A stretch of 64,000 bases of DNA from the NCBI GenBank assembly GCA_003614675.1, contig ML002228.1:1-64000 (forward strand), given 5' to 3'. The notes beneath the pieces were generated by a model. It searched no databases. It was not told where the DNA came from and saw only the letters and a list, made by a program, of their open reading frames with translations. A program made the translations under genes and the position numbers. Below, piece by piece: positions 48,519-60,842 of this stretch (position 1 is its first letter; every line of letters starts with the position of its first letter). Origin of the DNA: Dimargaris cristalligena. Lineage: Eukaryota.

Positions 48519-49350
48519 ATGAGCAGCAGTGCGGGCAACCATGCCATTGGCGTCAATTCCTGTCAGTACGGAAACCCTGTCCTAGAACACATTCGTAATG
48601 TGCCCTGGGAGTACCGCGACATTGTCCCCGATTTCACCGTGGGCCAGACCAGTGGGGTGCTGTTTCTCAGCCTCAAGTACCACCGCCTCCACCCCGAGTA
48701 CATTGGCCTACGGGTGGATCAACTGCGGGACAACTTTGTGCTGCGGATCCTTTTGGTGTTGATTGATAATGACGATCATCAATCGGCCCTCCGTGAACTT
48801 ACGAAGCTTGGTACGCAGGCCCGACTCACCGTCATACTCGCCTGGAGCTCCGAGGAAGCCGGCCGGTACATTGAGACGTTCAAGGCCCTGGAACACAAGC
48901 CCCCGGATATGATCCGTGAAAAGGTCGAGGACGCTTATTTGCCCCGGCTCACCGACTGTTTGACCTCGGTGCGGCCCGTTAATAAAACCGATGTGGTGAC
49001 CCTGGTCTCCAATTTCGGATCCTTCAGTAATATGGCCAAGGCGTCCGCCTCTGACTTGGCCATGTGCCCTGGGTTCGGTGAGCAAAAGGAAAGTCGATTG
49101 GATATCATGCACATGCATTCTCTCCGTTGACACCGTGCTGTAAAATGGTCGGATGCTATTCCAACCGCTGCGCCTTTTATAAATATTATTACTATCGACC
49201 TTTAAATATTAATCCCCGTACTGCCACCTATATACAATTGTATGTTCTATCTTTTCCTGCATCTCTATCCATTCTATACAGGCACGTCGACTATACGAGG
49301 CCTTTCACCAGCCCTTCGTTTCAGGTACCAAATACGATGATTCGACCTAG
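48519..49350 (+). CDS. ERCC1: DNA repair endonuclease subunit ERCC1/Rad10/Swi10 (exons 48519-49088, 49282-49350; start uncertain)
   Basis: QYGNPVLEHIRNVPWEY, LFLSLKYHRLHPEYI, LAWSSEEAGRYIETFK, LTSVRPVNKTD and the HhH motif CPGFGEQK-ARRLYEAFHQPF across the intron. Confidence 0.93.
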
Positions 49351-49673
49351 TATCCGCAGACTTATTCGTTAACCCCGCCTACCTATCTATCCTGCTACCC
49401 TTATACTAGCCGTATTTTTATCGCACTAACCCGTAACTTTAAATCAATTTGTTATTCGGACATCAACAGTAAACAAAATTAGCCAGAATTACCCAAATAT
49501 ACAGCATACTTGTAATGCAAGGGTGTTCCATCGGTGCGCAGTGCGCTCACTACCTTATGGCAGGTAGACCGCTGACTAATAATGGTCTTTGAAGTAGCGG
49601 GCCATACAATAATAATAGTAATCTATTTACGATTAACAGAATCCACCTTTCCTCTGGGGGATTTAAGAGAAGG

Positions 49674-51493
49674 CTAGATTATGTCAGTGGACGTGGGGTG
49701 TGTCCATTTCAGGCCCATGTACCGGGATGTAGGGGCTTCGTAAGTGGCCAACTGCGCCATGGCCTCGTCCACGGTGCCACATGCTACCAGAATATTCCGG
49801 TTTCCGGCAGCCAGGAAGCCTTCCTCCACGGCACGGTCGATCCACAGTAGAAGGGGGTCGAAATAACCCCGGATGTTAAGTAGGATAATCGGTTTGGAGT
49901 GGATATTCAGCTGCGACCTATTGGCGAAGACGGCGCGTGCATTACAGGCGCGATTATCCCATTCAATAAATATAGGAACGGGCGGCCACCATTAGCTAAT
50001 ATTAGTAATGAATAAAGTACCCCTTGGTAGCATAGACCGGGGAGTCAATAAATAGGTGTGTCGACTTTTCAAACAAATGGTAAATATATTGGGCACATAA
50101 CTTACCACGTCGTAATCTCCAAGAGTTCTTCCATGGTGCCGTAGCCACCGGGTAGTACAATAAATGCGCTAGACTAGAATTTGGTTTATAGCCCGCACGC
50201 ACACATGTCGTGGGTTCGGTCAATGTATCCAACATGCATAAACAATTGCAAATCTATCATCAGAACCCCATCTTGTGCGAACTATACAGTAAATCTAAAG
50301 TGGAGCAGTAGCGAAAACATGGACTATATTTTCTAACCCGGCTGGGGAATGACCTGCCTTTTCGTTCATCATGCTCTTGCGCGTATGCATATCCGGCACT
50401 TCTATATTGGAACCGATTGCCTCACCGCTCACTTCAACTGTTTATCGTCCCCATAAACCAAGGTACAGAACATAACCCACCCAGTTCTTCAGGAATATTA
50501 GTACTTCCAGTAATGTGGTAGGGATTTATGTAGGACTGCTAAGACATAATAGGCGCATGCAGCCCGCCCACCCAACGCCGTCGAAAATTAAAGGTGGGGT
50601 AGGCTCTCTTACCTGGTGCAAGCGCTTTGGGGGTGATGCCGATGACGTGTCCACCGCTCTAGAGAATTAGAAGGAGTGACGAATAGTGTAGTTCGATGGA
50701 AATGTAGATTAGTCTTGGCATTTCGATGCTTCAGGAAATGTAACCGAGGCGTTTAATAGTGCCAGGTAACCTAAACACAGCCCCCCCCTCCGATAAGGAC
50801 CGGAGATCAAGCCGGCCCAAAGGTCGAACAATCAGGTGTTAACTATACTTACCTTCGATACCGACTGGGCAACGCAGCCCATTAGGCCTTTAGTACCTCC
50901 GCCTGATTGAGAGTATACGTGTGACAAAGGCGTCCACCGTAAGGAGAAATAGGGCCAAGGTTAGGGGATAAATGAATTAGCCCTCTATGCAGGGGTAATC
51001 GGAAAAATTATCTATATCGCCCAGTAGTATGGTATGGCCTGTGTAAAGGGGGGGTTTAGTATCGACCAGATTAGTGCCCAAGATGCATAGGACGGGGAAC
51101 ACTTACCGTAGACTAGTCCGTAGCCGTGGCTGACAATGCTTTGTCCGAGTTCTAATAGATTCATTTGGGACGAGGGGTACACATTGATGTTAAGGCGGTC
51201 AGACCAGTTGATTAGGCCATGTCCAGGTGTATAGTCGTTGGTAGGCCTGATATACGGTATAGTTTGGGACAACTCGAGGACATTCCCCCTCCCGGCACTA
51301 GGCTTAGTTAAGTTGGCAGCCCAGTAGTGCAATCATGGTATTTATGTATTGTTATATACTGCTCCCTCCCGTCACACTGCTCTCCCTGTGAAAGGAAATT
51401 GGACTTACTCTCTGCCATTTCCGCGTATGCAGGGTGCTTCCCCTGAGCCGATGCACAGAACACGCAAATATACCGTTGCTCCGTGGCCGTCAT
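49674..51493 (-). CDS. LOG1: LOG (Lonely Guy)-family nucleotide phosphoribohydrolase, 7 exons: 51493-51409, 51151-51107, 50902-50853, 50658-50613, 50437-50358, 50173-50106, 49917-49674 (~205 aa)
   Basis: Spliced motifs ICVFCAS, LVYGGGTKGLMG, VIGITP, MHTRKSMM, AFIVLPGGYGTMEE and WSQLNIHSKPIILLNIRGYFDPL. All junctions are in frame; intron 5 is GC-AG. Confidence 0.93.
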
Positions 51494-54027
51494 AGTGTAT
51501 ACCGAATGTATGTATATCTATCTATATATATAAAACGACCCGGTTGGTCGGTTGTTGTAGACAACGTTTAAGGTGTTGCTAAAAGGGTGCAGGAGACGTC
51601 AGGGGTTGGTCAATTATGGATAGATACGGGAGTTGACCATGGGTAAGTCAGTGCTGCAGTTGGTTTCGGTGGTAAGCTCGGGTGTGTGTCGGCTGCAGAG
51701 AAGAAAAGTGCAGGTAGCAGCAGCAGTAATTGCTTTAGGTACCGAGAAGATTGGCTCATTCCAAGGACGGCATGCGCCTCAAGAGGAAGAGATTCCGGGC
51801 AGGCCCGGGGTCATGCATGCCCCTTACCCCGCGACGTCCTTGCTAATCGTATACCGCCTCTCATTCCCTCATTCCCCCGAGGTATAACCTAGACTTTACC
51901 TACCTTAAAAGCGTAGCCGAGTATTGTGTGGTAGTGGATATAGGTAACAAAACAATGTGGTTCGTCTTACTAAAAGGGCAACCCGATGTTGGAAATCCTG
52001 AGATATTTAAATGGCGTTGAGAGTGCCACCAGTTTAGTTACATAGCAGTATGGGCCAATGAGCGCTGATATTGCGCACTCATTTTTAAAAGCATTGGGTG
52101 TGTGCTCTTTATTGTGTGGGGCATATTGAGTCCCAAAAATAGCGTAAGGCCTTCCTCCTTCTCTCCCTTTCTTCCATCTTTCATGGCCTCCTTATTATAC
52201 ACTGCCTCCAACTTCTTCACTGAGCAAACCACCGTGGCACAGCAAGTTGCTCTAACTCGTGAGATTCGCCACTCTCCAATGATACCAAACTTTATCGTAG
52301 GGCTGAGCTTATTAGGTGGACGTGGGATTGGCCAACCAAACGCAGGCGGCTACATAATGATAGGTGTTGATGCCCCTAATAAATAGAAGTGTAAACGGCG
52401 GCGTAGTAAATAAAACAACAGACACTGGAAATGATTCTTCCAGGTATTTCTTTATCAAATACTTTCCAGTTCTGCAGGCATGGTGCAAATTCGGATCACT
52501 AAACCGATTAGGAGCAGCCCGCTGGGAGAAGAGGGGGGTGCTCTTGCTGCACAGACCCGACGCTCTCGGGTCCATGCAAGTAAATCTTTCTTCTTATTAC
52601 GAGAAACGCCTTGTCAGGAAGGAGCTCTTAGGCCGGTGGTAGCCCCCCCTCCTTTACCACTTCCCGAGCAATTTCCTAGACAGCGAAGAGGAGATGAAAG
52701 ATGCGGGGTATAATTTGCCAGCCTTGTTTACCCCTTCCCTTCGAGGCTTGTACTACAACTATACCACCTACCCCACACAGGGGCTTACTTTAACGTAACT
52801 CAATCGCCTCTCGCCTTTGTAATTTTTTCCTTTCTATTTCCAAGACCCCACATACTGCCCATTAAATAGCGCCCTTCGCATTTGTGTGTTGTTTTGGCCA
52901 GACCCCTGTAAATGGATGAACTATGTAGTCGGCGTAGTCAAACAGTTCGCTCCCGATCATATGGGTAAGCCGTAAGACCTAAACAAATATGCGTCGGATT
53001 TTGGGTTTCATGCGACCCGCCTTTTTTTATTTTGCATCAGATCGGCTTTGATTTAGCCACTAGAATATGTCGGTAAATAGGCCGGCCGCTCATGTGGTAG
53101 CTAAAAACACTCTTAATTAGGTCTTTATGTGACTCCCACCTTGCTTAGATTTTAGTATATTGAATGTAACCATATCTTATATACCCTGCAGCCATCCGCC
53201 AGTTTCCGGCTTAGATCATATTCCCATGACTTTAGCCTAAAATACCTTTGGTGCATTCGGCAGCTTTACACAGGCGGACTTGGGGCAAATGAAATGCAAT
53301 AATCGGGTTACCCAAGCAGGGTTAAGAACCTCCGCAGGTACAGTCAAAATGTAAGTAGTGTGGGAAGCGCCGGATTCCGCCCAAAAGTGGTCTTGGCCCA
53401 CTTTATGCACCCGCCCTAAGGATAAATTCCCCACATGATGTCAACGAGGCCCCCCAAATTGGCCTAAAGAAACTTTAAAGAAATACCACTGAAAAATGGT
53501 GACAATGTTATTGAGACGGTGGGGCCTTGGGGTCTGATCAGCTGCAATTCCTCTCCGTGACACCAGGGAGTCCGCCCTCTACACTCATCGGTGAATACAA
53601 GTATAACCAAACTACCATTTCAGGCTTGCCTTGTTCTGGCCCGACTCCCCAGAACCCAACAGCTTTCTAGACAGCTGTCAGCTGGTTGGGTAGACGAAAC
53701 CGATTAGATTGAATCCACCCGCCGGCTAGTTTAGCGCACCCTTAGGTAGTAGTAAAATGGAGTCAACGATAAAATCACCTACTGCCTTTATACCCCTCCT
53801 GTGCATTTTATATTACTGACCTTGGGACTCGTTGAAGTACCATTTACCCGGTGATGTAAAGCATTATATCCAAACCGTCACGCTCACAACCGTTGACCCA
53901 ATTAATATGCCACAGCCACTCATTTAAAAAAACACATTTTATTTAGTACATCATCGAAAAATAGAAAGCGGAGAAATCTTATTCGGTACTTATAATCGGC
54001 ACTATAGCAGCCCCGCCATCATGGGGG

Positions 54028-55246
54028 TTACTGAATTGGCACATACAAATTGTCGATAAAGGGAGTGACAGGCTCTGTATCAAACAACATTAATGCGAGG
54101 GACTCTTCTTTGGTCATCGCATAATGTACATAGGACAATCCGGTGGGTATCTTATTGGGGATTAGACCGCATTTGAACCCCATCTGCAAGTTAATACAGG
54201 CGGTGCTAACCTCCACCGCCTGTTTCCCTTCCACTTTGGAGGCCAGAAACTCGGCAATTTGGGGTCGGTCTAGATTCAGGGCCCAATAGTACAGGGCGGC
54301 CAGGTTCATTTTAAGTTTCCAGTTTTCCAACAGGCGGCTTTCTATGGCATGGGGGTCCCGCACCACGAGGAAACGGACAATATCGAGTTGGTTGTGAACA
54401 ATAGCCACCCGGGCGAGATCGTGCGCTACGCGAACGGAAGTGTCCATCGTCAAGAGGGGTTGGATGCGTTTGTGCAGTTTATCAAAAGTCATTTTACTGA
54501 TCCGATCGGTAATGAGATGAACGAGGGGGGTGCACAAGGTCGTGAATACGGCGGGTTGGCTAGCCTTTAAATCAGCCACAGTCAAGGTGTTGTAACGAGC
54601 CATCGTTGGCTGGAGTTTAGCCCAAGCCACGGGGCCGTTCTGGAGGAGGAGTTGGCGGGTCGTGTAAGCCGTAAAGATCCGCTGGGTGGCCGAGTCGTCG
54701 AGATTTCCGTCGTTATCAACGTGTCTCCTCAGCTAGGGTTCAAGGACACGCGATTTAGGTCATTAAATCAATGAAATAAAGTAGTGTAAATGGGCAGTTT
54801 CGGACTAATATAATGGATTGAGGGATATATACCTGAACCATCCGGTTTATCTGCCGATTGTCTATCAGTAAAAAATAGATGAATCTCCGGGCGAGTGAAG
54901 TGATTCCCTCCTCTAGATATAGATAGCTACTTACATCATAGGGGTTATATTTTTGCGCTATTTCTTTCATGCCTGGGATCCGCAAAACTCGAATGAACTC
55001 ATCCGGGTGAAGCTTGCCCAGAATCGAGAACATTATTTCTAAAGGTAGTTGGCCACGCGGAATAATGTTTTGGGTAGTCTTATTTACTTTGTTCGCTTGG
55101 GGCATTGGTTTCTTTATAGTACCAGGACTAGGTTCCGAATTAAGGTTTTGATGGTTGGGAACGGGGACGGCCGAGGAAGCTGTGAAGAGCTGGACCAGGG
55201 CTAGAAGTCCGAGTCCCAGAGTGAGGTTCTGAATTGGGCGAACCAT
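54028..55246 (-). CDS. Secreted F-box-like / ankyrin-like protein, family member 3 (exons 55246-54935, 54732-54028; ~338 aa)
   Basis: Signal peptide MVRPIQNLTLGLGLLALVQLFTASSA-VP and F-box-like GQLPLEIMFSILGKLHPDEFIRVLRI. GTAAGT donor at 54934 and TAG acceptor at 54733 (phase 0). Ankyrin-like LARVAIVHNQLDIVRFLV and LYYWALNLDRPQIAEFLASK. Confidence 0.8.
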
Positions 55247-58072
55247 GTTGTATTCTATAGACGAAGAAAAAAAACCGGGGCTAGTAAACTTATCGAAACT
55301 TAACCCTTTGGTAAAGTATCGGGCAGAGCGTAGGGTGGTGAAGCGGGTTATCTAATAAAGTATTAGGTATAATGTACGTGTAGAGTATATTGTGATGGTC
55401 ATAAAATGAGTAGGCGGGTCCACCCCTCTATTTATACACTTCCGAATCAACCAGAATGGTGTCAGTAGTAGTGGAAACAGCCGTTGTCTGCTATAGTGGG
55501 TGGTATATTGCCAATGCCCACTCTAGACCCTGACGAGTTAAATGGCAGGACGGCAAGCCTTCTTACCATCCGAAAAAGGCCTGGGAGCACCACCAAGATG
55601 GCCCTTTCACTGTAGCAGCCGTTAGCGCACCCATTTAGGAGGACCTATTCAATTCTTTAGTCCACTTGGTCGTACAGCCATTTGCCATTTCCATTGCTGG
55701 GGTACAGTCACGGTATCCCCCCAAGGCGTATAGGCAGCCCCAAATTATACGTCTGCGGCGGCGGTGGCCGCCACTGGCCCTACGGTTAGGTTGAAACGCT
55801 TCTAAAAGAGTGGAGTACAAGCCGACGTTGCCACTGTATGGGGTATAAAGTGACTGAACTGGTACGACGAAATCAGAGGGAGCTTATGGTCATAGTATTA
55901 AGTGGGCTCACCATTGTTCCTTTTTCAAATTATTTCGAAAAGAAAACCACGACACTCCCGATATCCGCCCTACCCTCCCCCTCCCACACACACATTTTAT
56001 CTGTCACCGCCAATAGTCTTTCATAATTGGCCAGTCTGACTTCAACTCCACAGTTCTTATTGTAGGATATAATTTGTAATTTTTTTTGAGGCGTTTTATA
56101 AAAGGTACACGGATATGTAGACAACGGGGCTATTTCGATACGACTAGCAGTGACCTATTTATGAAGTACGCCCCGTTTTATTATCACGATAATACTCAAC
56201 AAATAGATTAGGCCATTTAGATAAGCGCTAACGGCCACGAGTTTGGGGAGTGTTCAACAAAGCTAGGCTCAAAATCCCCCGCATCGTCGGCAAGTTTTGC
56301 GGATGGAGCGGCGTCAGCTGGCTTTGCAGTTCCGATTTCAGTGGTACAGCCAAGCATGAGTCGGATCAGCTCGCGCAGCAGTCGGCTCTTGACGGACTCA
56401 TACATTTTCTATTCTATCGCCTAATTCAGCAGCCAGTTCGTGCCACAAATTAGTACTACCAAGGGGGGGAGGGAGCCTTTTCCCTATGAAGAGGTTCAGC
56501 GAGTCAGTCACTCCCCTCACTCTTTGCTCACTTTCCCTCAGCATGCTCTGGTTCGGTCTCAACAACGACATTTCATCGCCTTTTTTTATATATATTATTA
56601 ATCATTGTTAGGTGTCTAAATTGATATGCTGCCAATCGTATACATATGAGTAAGGTCATGAGGGGTCGCACAACTCTATATCAAGTGGCTACCAAGAGCC
56701 ACTGCGACCCAGCGCAGCCTGTTTAGCAGCGCTGACCCTCCGTGTAACGGGGCACCGGTTGGACTACCGCATTAATTCGGGGGGATCGTTTTAAAGTGAA
56801 CGCCATTTAAACCAACGGCATCTCGATAAGTGAGTTCTGATCATCCAAGCGCCACTTGTTGCCGCCTGGTACATGGTATTCTATAGTCCCCATGGGCCGA
56901 CCCTAGAGCATAATTTCAACCGTGCTAGTTTCTCAGTCCCCCGTACTAGAAAAATAGGGCTGGGTATCGGCGGGCTCTTGCTTAGGTATCTCAGTGTCAT
57001 TCTTGAACCATAGACATGCACCTGTGTGTGTGGGCGGGGGGGGGCAAGCTCCAGATTAGTATAAGTCCTGTCATACTAGACTCACAGATTGTTTCAGGTC
57101 GACCATTCTTTATAGGGATTTTATATAAACCGCCTTAATGCTACACTTGCGATGTGTGACTTAACGGTTGGCCCTATTTGATGGCTACCGCCGAAAGGTT
57201 ATTATTAGAATTGCTCTTAAATGCCAGTGGTCACCTAAATTGTCTGAACCATTTTTATGGCACAATCCGCAACCAATAAAGTGGGCCCTTAAGGTGGCAC
57301 ATATTTTCCACCATTTCAGTCGATGCGGTTTTTAAAGGCCTTTGATATTCTAGTCAGATCATTGGTCCAGTAAATGTGGCTTCTGAAAAATATATTATAC
57401 AATTGCCAACTCGACCCAAGTGGTGCGCCCCTAGTATTGACAGTCTAGTCGGTTACAACGAGCAGCAATGGTGAATCACTCGTGTTAGTCATTTGAGCAT
57501 GCCCCGCACTTTGTCAAAGTCAATTCATATTTTTAGTAAATGCTAATATTGTTAAAATGTGATTGCCATATCAATTTCCATTTACACTATATCTACTTAA
57601 CACTGTTATAATTACATATTTTCTTTCATTAAGTGAAGCTATCGAATTTTTATATTAGTATTGGAATCTGAACTTCAACTTCGTCCAAAAATATTGGAGG
57701 GTGTGGTAATAGCCGCCCAAAAAAATGACAGGCCTGTAGATGGTCACATGATATGAAGGCCAAGCGAAACCCACCACTAAAATACTGACAGCAGTAAATT
57801 AGAGTCGAGCAACAAATCCGGTTGCCTTAAGACCTGGTGGTAAAGTAAACTAAGTTTAGCATTTCAAAATGCTATGAGTGGCGGGAAACTCCTTTCGTAC
57901 ATCACTAACAACTGCTCAATGTTACCTTGCTATCGCACATTCCTATTGAAACCATCCCTTTTCTTCTAAACCATTACTTGACCCGGCTATTGGAACCTTT
58001 TGTGCCCATTACCAAACCCCGCCGACTGCATTTCCCTTTGCACCTACCATTCCGTGTTTTTTTTTACCAGCC

Positions 58073-59266
58073 ATGGCTAAGCAGGACGCCCATTTCTCAA
58101 CGGGCCGCGTGGCGGCGTCGTTTACATCCACATCGCTTACGCCGGTCACGGTGACGAAGGCAGCGGAACGCGATGCGGAAGAAGTCATGTTCGAGAATGT
58201 CAAAGGAACCGGCCTGGTGAAAATCCAAACGAACCTGGGCGATATTGACGTGGAACTGCAGTGTCAGATTGTAAGTTGGAACCTCTTTCCCAAGCAGACT
58301 ACTACACGTTTGACCATTCCATAGGTGTTATAGTGTTGCCGTCTTTTCTTTCCGAAAATTTAACGCCGGCTTGGTTCGTTCTACCATGCTATTGAGACTC
58401 GTCTTTCCGGTCTAAATTTTAAACAATGTACTAACCTTTAAGATTTTTTCTGCTCTATTCCTCACATTCCACTGTTCTAGGCCCCCCGAACCTGTTACAA
58501 TTTCATTATGCTGGCCAAAAGCGGTTACTACCGGAAGGTTCCTTTCCACCGATCCATTAAACATTTCATGATCCAGGGGGGCGACCCCACCGGTACCGGC
58601 CGAGGCGGCGACTCATACTGGAAGCGGGAATTTCCAGACGAGATCCGCGGTAAACGCCTCTCCCACGACCGACGGGGTATTCTAAGCATGGCCAACCACG
58701 GCCGGGACACCAACGGCTCCCAATTTTTCTTCACGTTCCGACCGTGTAAACATCTCGATGGCAAACACACCATCTTCGGCCATATCGTGGGCGGTCAGGC
58801 CACCTTAGACACCATGGAACTAGTCCCCGCTGACCCCACCACCGACCGGCCCAGTCGGGACATTCATATCATTGACTGTAAAGTGTTGGAAAATCCGTAC
58901 GAGATATACCAGCAGCGGATGGCCCGGAAGGAACGTCATCTAAATACTGCGGCGGCTAAGAAAGGCCAGGACAGCGGGAGCCAATCCCTCTACCATAAAG
59001 CAACAGCAGCAGGGGCAGCAGTCCCGGCTTCCGTTGATAATACAACAACCTGGTTCGGTACGTCCGTGGGAAACCCCCGTTCGACATCGTCGGCCGGGTC
59101 TGCGGGGGGTGCTCGGGTAGGAAAGTACTTGGCGGCTAAACGAAAGGCCCTAGCAGATGCCAAAGAGGCGGGTGAAACTCTGACGGGGTCGGGGATTACA
59201 CCGACACCAGGAGCAAAGAAGTCGAAACCCTCCGGCTACCAATTTGGCGATTTTAGTAGCTGGTAA
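58073..59266 (+). CDS. Cyclophilin PPIase of the PPIL2/Cyp60 type, lacking the N-terminal U-box region (exons 58073-58270, 58481-59266; ~327 aa)
   Basis: PPIL2-specific linker AHFSTGRVAASFTSTSLTP. Cyclophilin motifs APRTCYNF, FHRSIKHFMIQGGDPTGTGRGG, LSMANHG..TNGSQFF and HLDGKHTIFG. C-terminal VGKYL...FGDFSSW. Confidence 0.9.
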
Positions 59267-60842
59267 AAGCACCCCCTCCTGCCCTCTCCATGACTATGTT
59301 CCCCCATTTTTTTTTATTTTGTGTTTATTTTCCTTGTCTATCGGGTTAAAATGCCACACTGTATAAATACTTGAATTATTGCTTACAAAATGCCCACCTC
59401 TCACGTTGAGAGGGACTATTCAAGAGAGAAACCCAGCTGGTGGAGGTGTCATCTTGGAAGTAAGCATTGCAGGGTGTTTTCTGTAAACTGAATGATGGTT
59501 CTTTTTCGCAATCGATAGTGAGTCCCGAGTTAACACCCGGAGTGGAGTCCATTGTGGCATCTTCTTTCAAGTCTCTAATGACCTATATTCTCGATCGTCG
59601 GCCTTTGGTGCAAAAAATACATATGAAAAACAGTGTCTATGGTCAACCTGTCCCTCCAACCACCCCCTTTTTATTACCATACAGCCTACATCAGTTTCAA
59701 CTATGGATGCGGGGGTTTCGAAATAAGTGACCAAATCTTGTACAGTGGATGGTTGTCTTCTCCACCCCCCTCCCCCCCCCCCAAAAAAAAAGATTATAAT
59801 AATAAGATTGTCCTCACTCATTCCATTTCACTCAAGAAGCGATTCGTTCCTTATTCTATAAAGCAGATGTGGCGAATGCCGGTATGTTTTGACCCTTGAC
59901 TGTCGAAAGACACCCGCTGATAGTGCGCCGTGCATACCCATAATTAGCAGTGCAGCGAGAGTGTGGGGCGCATTAGGTAAGGTACAGGTCGAATTGTCCC
60001 TCGGTTATGTGATGAATTCTTCCTACCTAACCCATGCTTGCTTAAACTGGGAATGCCTATACTGACAACAACACGAAAGGTGTGGGCAAAGGGCTCTCGC
60101 TCGGGGAAATAGGATTCCCCGACCTCGCCACCTTTGTAACTACCCCCCTCCCCCTTCTTTGGGCTTCTGTACTGAAGCCGCTCCGGCATGACGGACATCC
60201 TGCGCCGTCGAATCGAAATCCATGGGTTATTTATTTGTAGATGTACCATTGGCTATTTGGGCTTATCGGGTCAAGAGTCCAAAGATGTATCTATTCAAGC
60301 CATAAGGTAAACCAGGGGTGATTTTGGTTTTTGTATAGCAGCCGTTCCAGAGGTACCTGCTCTTAATCGTTTGTATGGTGATGGTTATAGGAGGTGGGGG
60401 GGAGGAGGAAGAGTGCGCCCTGAGAACCGGACATGTCGTTTACGTCCATCCCCTGCATCCTTGCCTTTGCCACCTAAATTGCTGTGGGATCCTTCTTTCG
60501 TCTGTGTAGTTTTCCTATTGGAATTAATCGCTTGTTCTACAGCGTGATAGGCTGTCCGTTCCCCGAAAATAAACACAAAGGCAAGCAGGCGTCCCTTCCG
60601 GAGTTGAAAACCGGGAACCGTTAACCCAATTGGATGACATATAGGAGTGGGGGGGGTTCATTTTCATGATTGTCGTGGTAGGGCGAGTGGTTCAAAGTCA
60701 CTCGAGTTACCCACACTGTGGTGGGCATATCGCTTAGAGCTGGGACCCAGCATTGTGCATTTTTTATATATAAAACCTTGGCGGAAAATAATGGAAATAT
60801 AACCCAAGAGGCAATGTAATATAAAAATCCTGGCTAATAGTT

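Noticed and set aside
52038..53434. Short ORFs between LOG and F-box gene 3
   Set aside because: No recognisable domain or consistent exon chain; a lineage-specific gene cannot be excluded.
55525..55585. CTGACGA...CGAAA resembling a hammerhead ribozyme core
   Set aside because: Could not form convincing stems I-III.
59376..60576. Three short minus-strand ORFs that might form a spliced gene
   Set aside because: No homology recognised and no convincing splice-site chain.
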